Below are positions 11,701 to 22,693 of a stretch of DNA of 60,536 bases, piece by piece. The stretch lies in contig PDIP01000151.1 in NCBI GenBank assembly GCA_002811645.1, forward strand, positions 1 to 60,536. The letters are read 5' to 3'. The stretch is from Corallochytrium limacisporum Hawaii (lineage: Eukaryota > Protista > Pluriformea). The first letter of the stretch is position 1; every line of letters begins with the position of its first letter. The notes beneath the pieces are model-generated. The model was not told where the DNA came from and searched no databases. It saw only the letters and a program-made list of their open reading frames with translations. The position numbers and the translations under genes are program-made.

Positions 11701-12337
11701 CGCCCTTGGTTGTCGGTGCGCTTGTCTGTTCACAGATGGCAAAACTAAAACCTGCAGCTGTCAGCGTCTCAATCCATTCGTCAGCTGCGTGGATGGGAAA
11801 TCCTGCCATCCGGGACATCGCAGGGCACCGCGCCTGCTTTCTCGCCACTCGCAGATTCAAGCGGTCAGCTACCCTGTCGGCATCCGGTCCGTAGAGTTCG
11901 AAAAAGTCACCAACTTGGAACAGCAACAGCAATTCCTTGTGGATGGTGTCTCGAACTGTCTTGAATTGGAGCTCAACCGGAGTGCATTCGTTCTTCTTAC
12001 GAGGTTTTGTAGATCCTTGCTCATTGTGCCCGTGGAACGGATCAAATTGCCCGTGCCAAGCGTGCTCATATGGACTTGTGGAGCGGTACACATTGCTCAC
12101 TGGGGGCAGATCTTCATGTGCATTGGTATTGGGCAATACTAGCTTCTTCGTTGACGAGTCTGTCTTCCCGTATGGCTCAAATGGTGCAACTTTGCCCCAG
12201 TCGATCCCTTCGCTGGCTTCTTTAAGCGTTGTATCAAGCTTGGGAGTCCTTGTGCTCACACACCGCTTTGCCCTGGGTAAATTAGCGAGGAGGTGAGGTC
12301 TTAGCTGACCTTGAGGAACGAACCATAGACCACGCAT
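8726..12337 (-). CDS. MSH1: MutS homologue, probably mitochondrial MSH1 (fungal/bacterial MutS1 type)
   Basis: FQVGDFFELY (Phe-X-Glu mismatch binding), MAGFP, REVTRIVTPGT, Walker A GPNMGGKST, STFMVEM, DELGRGT, THFHEL and SFGIHIAEMAG. The N-terminus is Arg-rich and acid-free like a presequence; no C-terminal GIY-YIG. Confidence 0.85.
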   Translation of the reverse strand: MRGLWFVPQGQLRPHLLANLPRAKRCVSTRTPKLDTTLKEASEGIDWGKVAPFEPYGKTDSSTKKLVLPNTNAHEDLPPVSNVYRSTSPYEHAWHGQFDPFHGHNEQGSTKPRKKNECTPVELQFKTVRDTIHKELLLLFQVGDFFELYGPDADRVADRLNLRVARKQARCPAMSRMAGFPIHAADEWIETLTAAGFSFAICEQTSAPTTKGDRIFRREVTRIVTPGTRISGLYHDANYLLAIGSPVVDEHEGPVRSSLGLAWIDLSSAHLETAIVPESSLEEELERLQPSEVLVDPLAWVDSSMADSDASTGTSDTGLRSIVGSMVQDVETNTAVNNHPFATGGGAPEPHRGSLDSSESARHLLARKWRVSGIFVDWCRSNKFQGAMEMALKEAEDLKEWKRALGAVNTSQIEALKGLIGYISVCQRGKMYSDVGLDQPSLKSFHSKSVQDKLNAEHSYRSLDDLHTASSLVIGAMSPQVYNRSSHMAIDAETRNALEIAKPELGRGPFRGPGSLLHAVDGSSTAMGRRLLSRRVCAPSTDIAEISRRHNGVEFFSDRPVFRTEVNRPLRNIGDIDRLMQRIDAGNGQQWGPLLDFRDSLRGLLELHDIFDKSQDGSLTTMSALFQEKADVDIDVLRDVKALHVVLCEALPASSPEGSGGGSMAGHVSEEFSPDLQSLRRSQTGFQDLRGKLLAYYCALLGDRLTAPEAQKAVSIKTDRRSKLMVLEVRTEYVDLLLARSAGLAVEKVLDEDSLTENHHPAAIKASHNSVGSDFFRANQAVTGYLDELVAETTSNSMNSSVSTRAGKLLCVSERARQDLLSWAKTNSVAGSELLKDPNTLRLRHAVDGRVTRTGRTTRLTSTALLSLQTHINQLQTDEDDILQSIYNSLRQQIRLHRNLVTKASSVIAEIDFATTAARLAREEGWTRPEISPATRNGGSDRPLMVIEDGKHAVLSLDKSIGFQGNDTRLGEGSPEMDLPPQDMVLITGPNMGGKSTYLRQNALIAILGQAGLFVPAARVSFTMVDRLFARVGASDNLRRSESTFMVEMRETAQILRHATRDSLVLIDELGRGTSWADGLCLAIAVLERLRDDIQCRTFVATHFHELYDSLASTLSSARQTNSVQALQVHCDVVSFGSDDVRSTPVFHHKLRPGIASNSFGIHIAEMAGVPRHVIERAHALAATCTPGQFGGNVHRDSMHQTR

Positions 12338-12752
12338 GGTCGTTGTTATCTGTCAGTGCCCGTGTCAGGAGAGCGTCTCAGCCTACGGGTCAGTGAGGAT
12401 CCATACGTGCTACCCCAAAGCGTTCCTTCTGGATAGCTTTAGTGGTCGCCCGTGTGCGCATGCTAGGCTCACTATGATGGATCGGCGCTTCGTGCACTTA
12501 GTTTTACATCCTTGCGTCAGAAGTGCAACGGTCACAGGTTCTCCTTCTCGTCGGGCCTCCCACAAGAACCGTGATCCAGAGGTCGCAGCTGGAGGCAGTG
12601 CCTCCCCTTCTCTTCAAACTCTTCGCGCCTGAAATGGAGCATAGCTCCGGACCTGCCTGGAAGAGAGAGGGCAGCTGTGGCCCCCTCTCTGATTTGAGAC
12701 TCTCCCCCCCCCCCTTCTCCCCCTGCCAGCCTGCTTCTCTTGTCAGGTCCGG

Positions 12753-12825
12753 AGTATAATAAGGTCAGTATATATATTTGATCCTCGCAAGTACTATTAG
12801 AAACCCCCGTATATAATTATTTTGT
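12753..12825. promoter_or_regulatory. AT-rich island with GTCMGTATATA..TTTSATCCTCG motif (putative promoter or nucleosome-depleted element)
   Basis: AGTATAAT followed by GTCAGTATATATATTTGATCCTCG; a near-identical copy lies at 24333-24387. About 420 bp upstream of MSH1. Confidence 0.4.
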
Positions 12826-15800
12826 GAGGCATGCACTCATGGCCTAGTTGTTCAGCAAGGAACACTGGGATGACTTTCCATAGGCCGTGTTGCAATACGT
12901 AGGGCTGACTCCGATGGCACAGTCACACATCCAAAGAGCGCGCGCATCTACAACCCAGGCCAAGACATGGTTGGTGTGATGGACACTGACCAGGCCTGCT
13001 GAGCGTAACTTGGGCGGTCATGACATTGTGAGCGTTTGCTTTTGAGCAAACTGAGGCTCGGAAGTCTCATCTCTTCCTTTCACACTCATCATGGTCGAAA
13101 AGTAGATAGAAGTTAGTCCCATCTACCTTAACCTAATGTTCTAGGAAGGTACGGTCGTTATCTGCATCCACCATCGTTTCCGACATCTCCCAAGGGTTAT
13201 CCTTATGTTGAGGTCACTAGGATCAAAGATGGTCAAGAGGTTTTGTCTTGCGACACACGGTGCTGGCCATCTTTCCATATCAAGGACTCCGTCCTTGGTG
13301 ATCGCTTGTATATCCATTTTCGAGTGGCTCCGTGTGTATGCGATGTGGCTCAATCGGGGATTGATCAAACAACAACATACGCGCTCTGCACGAGCGCGGA
13401 ATCGTCGCCCACCGTGCTCTCCCCTTGTGTAAGGCATCCAATTATGCCACAAATACACACAGACAACATCTCGCATTTGACACGGTTCACTCCCGCGATG
13501 GATGTCGGTCCCCGTCCGATCAACTCTTTCAGACCCACCTGTAATGGAGATGTACATGTATATTCTCGATACCCTTTTGTATTCCGTGCCCAAGTGGCGA
13601 TATGAATAGTATTGAAAGATGACGATGGTGATGTGTACTTGGGTGTGAGATAGCGATTTCAGTCGAGGATCAGTTGTCGTCGGCCTGAAGGCCAGTTATA
13701 TTCGCTGTGAGTCTTGGCCATAATGTGAGTGTGGACCGGGAACCAAATAAGATATCCTGTTGAACTCGCCCCAGCAAGTGATTGCCGTTTTTCCAACAGC
13801 TGATCAGATTGTGAACGCAGCATACCTGATGAAGAGTGGGTGCACACAACAAATGGGCGGGCCCCGCGCATCCCTCCCTCCTTTTGGCTTGCTCGATCCA
13901 ACGCCCGGTGCTTTTGGGAGAGGAGAGGGGGAGAAGAAGGGGGGGGGTGAATTCATTGGTCTAGCTATGCAGAGGAATACCTTTGTAGAACACAACAGCA
14001 GCAGGGCCTTCAAGGCTCTCAAAGCTAAAGGTCGTTTAACCAGGCGATAACGTTGAAGAGAGGAGGTAGGTTAAGCACAAAGATGGGGTATCATCCACGA
14101 GAGCAGCAAAACACCTCTACATCACTGGTCGCTTGCAAACAGCCACTCGCTCACCACGGAGCAGACATCAAACCAAGCGGAGATTCTTGTGGGAGACGTA
14201 CCTAATCCACCCCACAATCTACACAACTTTTTTTCAGTATTTACTAGGGAGGGCGCGGCAGTCGCTCATCTGTGTTCGTCATCTCCGTATCGTCGAAGGG
14301 AAGGAGCGTCCCTTCCTGGGTTCCAGGGGAAATCCCACCACACCGCTGCCACCAGTGGGGAGGAGTACACGTACAAGCCCACTGTGAAGGTACTTCACCA
14401 GGACCCGCTCAACTCTCCACCAAATTAGTTAACGGTTATATACCCGCAATTAATCCCCGGATGAAGCTCGAGCCAAAGCTAATTTGCGTGTTCTTTATGC
14501 GCATTTGGACCTTCACCTCCACTCCTGGTCCTACTACGCGGGGAATTTTTTCCCTTTCGGCCAAGAAACGTGAACCCGTTCGACTCCGAATCGTTCAGTT
14601 CTACGACTGACTGTGCTCGTTTAAGAGCAACGACTGTTCTACTTCGGCCTTCGTCGGTGATAGAGAGGTACAAGAAACATATCCAGCAGAAGCACGCGGA
14701 AACTCTCACAATTGGTTCCCGCTTCTCGCTCTGTCCATTTCTGCCCTGCTCTCAGTTTTGGTATTTGCAGTGGTCGCTTTGCTCCGCGAGCGTCCTATCT
14801 AACCTATTGGTTCATCAGAGCCAGTGCAGGGTCCAATCACTTTCACGTTCATTTCACACGGCAAGCACCACCGCATGCCGGACGAACGCGCTGATTAGCC
14901 GGGGAGAGTGTCTTGAGATAGGAACGAGTGGAATTCTTGCCAGCTCCTCGTGAAGTTTCTTTGACTGTCTGTTGAGTGAACATGAGCCAGTTTGTCGGTG
15001 ACATAGCAACTGAGAGCCACCAGCGCGACAAGGTAGAGGTACCTCTACCACAAGTGCGTACTAGTTCCCTGCATTGGTTTTCAGCAATCCGGCGAAGGAT
15101 TTGAACAGACCCCCGGTTCTGTAGTAAAAAGAGAGTCCCCTTCCCTCACTAGATCCTGTTCCATTCCACACCACACCCACTCGAAGTAAACCTTTTCTAC
15201 ATTCGATTCGCATCCCTAAGTCATTAATTGCTGGAGGGCCTTCGTGTGAGGAATACGAATGAGCGGCAGATGCAGACGACCGTAACAAATAGAAGAATCC
15301 GGCAGGAAAGGAAACCCAAAAAAAAAAGTAGGAGAGGATTTCTGTTGTCCCGGACAGAATTCCTACTAGAGACATACTTAATGAACTGATCCAACCTTTT
15401 TTATAACAGAACCTTTGGAACGGTTTGAACCAGTAGCTTCCAACGCACAAAGAAGGGGAAGGCAATATGAAACAAAGACCATCTTGCAAGAAAACCTCGC
15501 TTATATAAATACCAGGACAACATGCCCAGATACCATTCATTGTTATCTCGCAACTGTACCTACAATCAGAACTCCCAACCTCTGCATTGTCTGGCCAGCC
15601 TAGTAGTGTGTCCATCCAGCAACTGAGCGCAACCAGCTGGCCTTCTTAACCTACTTGATCCTACCCTGTAGCAGCACTGCCAGAATTGGGGCATCAGAGT
15701 TACGATCCGGTCCCCTCCGTAGGCATTCTAGGACGGACCAACCCAAGTTCCATTTTTGGGCAAGTGCAATATCTGGTTTGCCCTTTATATGTCTATGCGA

Positions 15801-18800
15801 GTCTAAAGAGGCCCCAGATCTGCTAGAGGCTTCGCGTGCACTGGCTATGCACCTCTCCCTTCTATTGAGAAAGAGGGCTTGGAGTGTTTGGCTGTCAAGT
15901 GAGAATGCTGATAGGTTGAAGTCAGGCGGTGCTGGAAACAGTAGTTAAATCGTCACGCGCAAAGATCTCGCCCACCCTTAAGACTTCCACCCACGCCTGT
16001 TGCGCAGTCGGGTATTGTTTTCCCTCGGGAAATTATGGCATTGACCCCATACATAAATCGCGAGCAGGATGGCCAAGCTTTCTCAACAAAAAACCCTTTC
16101 AATTCGTTGTCCTCCTGTCGCCTCCCCCCGGGTTGAGTGGAATGGCATACGACTACAGCCAGAGCAGTAGAGTGCCTTCTGTAAGACAGTATTGGGTACG
16201 CGTAACCCACCAGGCTCACCCCATCCCTCCTTCTGCGTTTCATGTCGTAGAAGGGGAAGAGCTCGCGCAATTATCTTTGGGTACACAGAAGCGAAGACAC
16301 ATAGAAGCCAGTCTCAAAACTTCTCAACCAAACGCAGAGCTCACTGTAAACCCCCTAGATCGAATGTCCCGATTTCCACAGACCTACAAGCCACATGTAC
16401 GCAAAAAAGGTCACTGGAAGAAGTAGCAACCCAAAACATACGGACGGTGATAAAACTGCAAACATATCACCTGCATACTGTGTACGCGACACCTCACGTC
16501 AAGATGGCCTGCTGCATTTTTCACCCTCCGGGGAATCGATGTGGACCAGTGAGGTGGAACGCCAATGAGTATGGGTACAGACTGTTGCTGGGTCAAAGAA
16601 GACAGTTGGGATGGAGCCGTACTCAAAGCCCACTTGGGCGCGTGTTTTTCGGTTGTGCGATTCTAGCTGCAACTCTACAGAAACAGAGAACTCCTTTCGA
16701 AGAAGCCTACACGCATGCATTTTCTTCCTTCAGTACAGCAGTCTCTTGCTGAGATCTAGGTTCTAAAATATTGAACGCTTGGGTACTTCCAGGAAATAGC
16801 ACAGCACTTTCCTTGTGAGCACCGGCCCTTGCGCAAAACACAAATGCCACTATCTTAGATGTTCAGCAAAATGTTGCCGACTGCCCTATCCTGAGTTTAT
16901 GAGGGTGGAATGTCAGCCTGTCACACCGCTCGCTCTTCCAAGTTTGGATCCGGTGGTGCGTCTTCGTGCATGCTGTGCCATTGTACGGTCCTGCTGTGTG
17001 TGATCATCGTGGCACAGCCCCCGTTTCTCCTCTAGGTCTCACCCTAACGGAGTTTCCCGTCCCCAATTCCGTCAATGTCTCAATAGCGTCACATTGCCGC
17101 AGAATGGCTCCATCGAAGCAGTGGTATATGTCCAATCAGCCCAGGGAGACACAAAAGTCGGGACTGTGTGTGGGGACAGTTCGCTGCAGCATAACACGCC
17201 AACTTGCTGCCCCGATTCACAATCTCCGATGCAAACGGGTACCTTCTGTTCCCCTGTATCTAGAAACACCCCGCTCTCGAAGAAACAGGGAACCTTCGCT
17301 CTGTTCCGTGCGTTTCTCTCCTTGATCCCATTTACATTCCATCAGCAAGTTCTACAGCCTAAACCTCACGAGCGGGTGATGTGTGTAGGTCTCCTTTGGG
17401 AGGACCACAGTGATGGAACAAACGGGTAAGATGGGTGGGGGGAGGGGGATAAAACTCCATGGCAAAGGGAACAATGCTAATCAATTGGGCCTGCACGCCA
17501 GTTGCAAAGTGAGTGATCCCAAGGCAAAGCGAGCCGGAGGGAGAAATATTTTTTCGCTAATTAATTCATACTTTGCGAATACCACTGAACGGGAGAGTTG
17601 TGTGGGCCGGACCGTGCCGCTTTAGATTCTTTCTCTCCTGCACGAGCGACGCTTACTTGACTGGAGCTCTCGGCAACCCACCCGCTGTCAGGGGAAGGGG
17701 AAACACATACTGAAAGACAAATCACGCACAAAATTAGACCCCCGTTTTCTTATCGATGGCATACGGATCAAGTGCAAAGTGCAGGAATTACTGGGAAGAT
17801 TTTGTGAAGGTTTCATTTTATGGTGACCTAGGACGCGAAGAGAAAATTTTATGTCCCTCACTTTGTATGTCTGTTTCTATCCTCGGAAATGGAGGCCTAA
17901 CCCCTCATCCTGTTGGAAGGTGCGTGGTTCACAACCTCTCGGATCTGAACTCGTGTGAGGTGCTGTGGGACCAGGAACGTTGCTCCTTCTAATCGGGAAC
18001 CCTCAACCAAAGCACTCTGTCCGTCCCCAATAGACATACTGCTTGCTGAGCTCGGTATGGCCTTCGGTGATCATCACAGACCTCTCCTCAGCACCCCCAC
18101 CAATCAATGCCACAGCCTACATACTCGGTCCAGGTGTGAGCTCTCGCGTGCGTGATGACTCGTGCAAAAAAAACCAAGCTGCTGCAGGAACAGGTTTCTC
18201 CGACTCGCTCATCAAAAGTATAACGAGCATAGTGGCGAGGAGAAACAAAGCGTCTCCAGAGTTCTTTAGTACCTTATTTCCTTCTGCTTTTCTTTCTATT
18301 TTCAGATTTTATTGCTTCCCCTATACTTCGTCCTTCCTCTCGTCCTTGGCATTTTTTTGTTCCTTTCATCCGCGAGACATTCTTACGGTCATACCAGGGA
18401 TCACATTCAAAAAAAGGGGTCACCAGAGGAGGTAGTAACCTATGTAAAACTGGTTACTCCGTACCGTGCATGACCGGAAATCAGTTAAGTCATTTACCCC
18501 TTCAGCAATCACCCAACTGCACACTGCCGCGCGCTGTGTCACGACCTCGCTGGAGGCGAAGGTCACCTCGCGTGAAGTGAAAAAGGCGTGTGCTCGAGTA
18601 TAGGGGTGCGGTGATATGGGTTCGTATCCGGCGAAAATGTGGTGGATACTAAGGAACAGCGAAGACGCCAACAGGCGATAGAAAACAGAATCAATGCACA
18701 CTGCGATATCGAAGGCGCGTGCGCTGTGTCGTGGTGTGTGGGTATTCTGCTGTTGGTCTTCCATAGCAAAAGGAGGATGGCAAAATATACTCAGGCTACC

Positions 18801-19512
18801 TTTAGATCTTAGTGAATTTTGACGGCCTCTAACTGAAACACGGAAGACAACCAACGCACGACAGCGCAAGCCCATCACGGGCAAACGGCAGCAGCACTGT
18901 TGGGAGAATGGAGCGAGAAGGGGGGCTCTCAGGACGACCATCCATAGGGCACCCTTGGGATGCTGGTTTCTCGATTCCACTGACCGTATTCTTTGGTGGA
19001 TGGCATCCTCAGTCAACAGGTACATTGATCTTAGGCAGTGCTCCCGCCGCCCTGTTGGTGCTGGTATTGAGCTTGGTTGGTACAGTTTCTTGCCGTTGCA
19101 GCCAAGGCGATCGAATCCCCGTGCTTGTCCATACCTCTCTCTCGTGCTCTGTCAACAGCTCTGACGCTGCTCCGAGGGGGGGTTGGCGAGTTATGGGCCA
19201 TCACCAGCTGTGGTTCTGAACAGCTTATGGACAAAAGTGGCGGTCCATGGCCTCAGAAGTCCGATAGCCTTGTGGTCTGTACTGATGCGAGTGCAAGTCA
19301 CGAAACCATCAGACGTACTGTGTCTACGTGGGTGAGCGGATAAGACAAGCCAGCTCGAGGCCCGCAGACTCATTCCCAGAGCGGATGACTGTCTTTGAGT
19401 GCACGCGCGGTGATTAATTGCGAATATGGTGGCGCAGAGGCGACCAAGAATGAAGAAGAAATTTCAAGAGAGTCAGGGCGCCCCCCCCCTCCCCCGACTA
19501 ACCCCCACAACC

Positions 19513-20167
19513 NNNNNNNNNNNNNNNNNNNNNNNNNNNNNNNNNNNNNNNNNNNNNNNNNNNNNNNNNNNNNNNNNNNNNNNNNNNNNNNNNNNNNNNN
19601 NNNNNNNNNNNNNNNNNNNNNNNNNNNNNNNNNNNNNNNNNNNNNNNNNNNNNNNNNNNNNNNNNNNNNNNNNNNNNNNNNNNNNNNNNNNNNNNNNNNN
19701 NNNNNNNNNNNNNNNNNNNNNNNNNNNNNNNNNNNNNNNNNNNNNNNNNNNNNNNNNNNNNNNNNNNNNNNNNNNNNNNNNNNNNNNNNNNNNNNNNNNN
19801 NNNNNNNNNNNNNNNNNNNNNNNNNNNNNNNNNNNNNNNNNNNNNNNNNNNNNNNNNNNNNNNNNNNNNNNNNNNNNNNNNNNNNNNNNNNNNNNNNNNN
19901 NNNNNNNNNNNNNNNNNNNNNNNNNNNNNNNNNNNNNNNNNNNNNNNNNNNNNNNNNNNNNNNNNNNNNNNNNNNNNNNNNNNNNNNNNNNNNNNNNNNN
20001 NNNNNNNNNNNNNNNNNNNNNNNNNNNNNNNNNNNNNNNNNNNNNNNNNNNNNNNNNNNNNNNNNNNNNNNNNNNNNNNNNNNNNNNNNNNNNNNNNNNN
20101 NNNNNNNNNNNNNNNNNNNNNNNNNNNNNNNNNNNNNNNNNNNNNNNNNNNNNNNNNNNNNNNNNNN
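19513..20167. other. Assembly gap (N run)
   Basis: Ns flanked by C-rich tracts. Confidence 0.99.
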
Positions 20168-20660
20168 CCCCCGCCGGGTAGGTTTGTTCTCGCTCCCTCA
20201 CACACCACTCTGCAAGTGTACATAGAACTGCAATGAATTGACTTAGGACGTTTTATGTCCCCAGCGCCTCCATAGGGGCACTAGGAACAGAACTCACTGA
20301 CACAAACATCCCTTAGGCACATTTCACATCCAATCTCTTGGGCGGAACAGAACGAGAGCACGATAGGTGTGTGTCTGTGTGGCGACCGATAGGAACCAGA
20401 GGCTCTCGAGGAGGAGTCACAAAGATAAGGGTGGGCCTGTGAGAGCACAGAAAGAGTCGAGGTATTTCGGGACATCAGTGTTCAACACTTTAGTATGATT
20501 GTGGGCATTTTGACAAGACTGGTTTGCGATATGAACAAAGCCTTTCGGGAACAGTCAAGCGTAAAGAAAATTAGATAAAAAGAAAACGACGACAACCAGA
20601 TCTTGTATTTGTGTCCAAGTGGTATAAGTAGACAGCGGACGTAGACAGTTGACTCACCTC

Positions 20661-21545
20661 ATGGAGAACCCTACGACTGACTTTACGGCTGCAATGCTCG
20701 AGACCGCAGTTAAGGGTGAAATTAGAATGGACGGGAACAGGCTAGAGACCGGCTCATGCACCTCCACCTCGGGGGCCAGTGCCATGACAGAAACCGTCCT
20801 GGACACTTTACAGAATGCATGTCACGACATTGACTACACCCTCTGGTCTGTGAAATCCAAGCACATTGGAGACCTGGAGGGCTTCAAGGCACTTCGGGAA
20901 CGGGCAAAGAATTTCTTAAGCATTGTAGAGGAAGAGATCAATACAATTGAACAAGACCAAGTAGTAGAAGACAAAGAACAGGAAGAAGAGATCGGTAATG
21001 TGACTGACGCTGATACGACCGGTTTCGAAGACCTATTGGACAAGACAGTCCTTATTGTCGATGACAGCCACATTGCGTGTAAGGTCATGAAGAAGCTCTT
21101 GTGCAACGTTGGCTTCAGTCGCGTTCGGGTAGCACACAACGGCGCGGAGGTCTATTTGGATAACTCCGCTGACATTATCATCAGTGACCTCTGCATGCCT
21201 CAGATGGATGGCTTCACATTGGGTCGGATGGTGCGTGCTCGTTGCAGCCGGTCCGGTTCACTTGCCAGCTCACAGCCGATGCTCCGCGAAGACTCGTGGA
21301 ACAAGAGCACCTCACTAGATCTCGTTAGTGGAGAAGGTCAGAATGGTCCAGGCGTGCGCCTGAATCCCTACGTCGCGGACGATGGTCCCTTGCTGGTTGT
21401 CTGCAGCACCAAGATTGACGAGTGTATGGATGAGCTGGTTGAGGCAGGCTTCAACGATTATCTCTGCAAACCGATGCGTCCCGGCAATCTCAAAGCCCTG
21501 CTACGTCGCATTTCATGGTCTCTCCGTAATGCTGAGAGGACGTGA
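20661..21545 (+). CDS. Two-component receiver (REC) domain protein with an N-terminal HisKA/DHp-like helical hairpin
   Basis: First ATG at 20661. VLIVDD, ISDLCMPQMDG (phospho-acceptor Asp at 21186-21188), VVCST and GFNDYLCKP are present, with a ~50-aa insertion inside REC. Confidence 0.88.
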   Translation: MENPTTDFTAAMLETAVKGEIRMDGNRLETGSCTSTSGASAMTETVLDTLQNACHDIDYTLWSVKSKHIGDLEGFKALRERAKNFLSIVEEEINTIEQDQVVEDKEQEEEIGNVTDADTTGFEDLLDKTVLIVDDSHIACKVMKKLLCNVGFSRVRVAHNGAEVYLDNSADIIISDLCMPQMDGFTLGRMVRARCSRSGSLASSQPMLREDSWNKSTSLDLVSGEGQNGPGVRLNPYVADDGPLLVVCSTKIDECMDELVEAGFNDYLCKPMRPGNLKALLRRISWSLRNAERT

Positions 21546-22219
21546 AGCAAGACAGTAGTGACCATTTCTGTATATCAAAAGAATAGCTCTCCTGAGGCAC
21601 CCAGATCCCTGGTGTGTCACACTCTTGTCACCTTCATTGACATACGAAACATAACATAACATAACATCTGCGTAACATGTAATGTATACATCCATAGACA
21701 CCATGCGTATAGCAAACAAAAACACGAAAGATTTTGATTCTGTGGCTTAAGCAACCGAGAGAGAGATATTAGTGCTTTAGTATTGTCTTGTTTACTTTGC
21801 CACGTAAAGATATAACGTGGACGGTTCTTCCAGTGATTCCGGGACGATTTGTTCGGCTCGCTACTCATCGCAATGTAGCAAGCGAGTCGGTGATCTTGGT
21901 GGCATGCAATCGCAAGTATCTGAATGGCTTCATTACAAATTCGCTTGTTCCACCTGATAAGTAACAAAGAAAAGGAAAGAGTGGAAGAGAATCCAAAATG
22001 ATGCGTCGGTTAGGAACTTCTGTCATTGGGGCTCAAAGAGGGATTGAGATCCGGGCGTGCAACAGTCATGCACCAGTGTTATTGAGAGAGTTGAGAGAGA
22101 GAGATGGTATGATACATATGGTGTAGTTCCTTATGATGACGACCCGGATCCTCTCCTCCTCTTCCTCCTCCAAAAACACAAAGTTCCTTTCGTTGACTGT
22201 TCGAATCATTCCAAATTGT

Positions 22220-22693
22220 CTACGCTACCTTATCAATACCAATAACGCCGCAAGCCTTGCGGCCCCCGGCGTGACCAGTGGTCTTGGAGTCATCATGTCC
22301 ACCCCTGCCCAGATCATCTGGGTCAGCGTGGACGACAACGGAGCGACCAAGGATGGTATGCTCTCCAAAGAGACTGATAACCTTGTCAACCTTGGTGAAC
22401 TCGGCGACGCCGCCGCTGGACTGGACATTGCCCATATCACCAATGTGGCGCTCATCATCATCGGGACCACCGTGGGTCCTGCCATGAGGGTTGAAGTGGC
22501 CACCAGCCGTCACACAGCCCTGGGTAACGTTACCGAACTCGTGGACGTGGAAACCATGATCACCGTCGCTCAATCCAGTGATTTTGCCACTGATCTGGCA
22601 GTGTTCGCCTTCCTTCTGCTGGAAGTAGACGATGCCCTCGACATTTTGGGCGTCGTTTGGGGACAGTTTGCAGATTGCTTTGCGCATAGACAT
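22220..22693 (-). CDS. SOD1: Cu/Zn superoxide dismutase
   Basis: HGFHVHEFG, GCVTAGGHFNP, THGGP, RHIGDMGNV, GRSVVVH and GGRKACGVIG, with all metal ligands present. An upstream in-frame ATG at 22744 is an alternative start. Confidence 0.97.
   Translation of the reverse strand: MSMRKAICKLSPNDAQNVEGIVYFQQKEGEHCQISGKITGLSDGDHGFHVHEFGNVTQGCVTAGGHFNPHGRTHGGPDDDERHIGDMGNVQSSGGVAEFTKVDKVISLFGEHTILGRSVVVHADPDDLGRGGHDDSKTTGHAGGRKACGVIGIDKVA

Noticed and set aside
14560-14600. GTTCGACTCC T-loop-like motif (also GGTTCGTATCC near 18620)
   Set aside because: No acceptor, D or anticodon stems could be folded; not tRNAs.
19395-20225. ORFs spanning N runs (also 41198-41877, 42260-43109, 52685-53399)
   Set aside because: Artefacts of assembly gaps and the CACT repeat (THSL translations).
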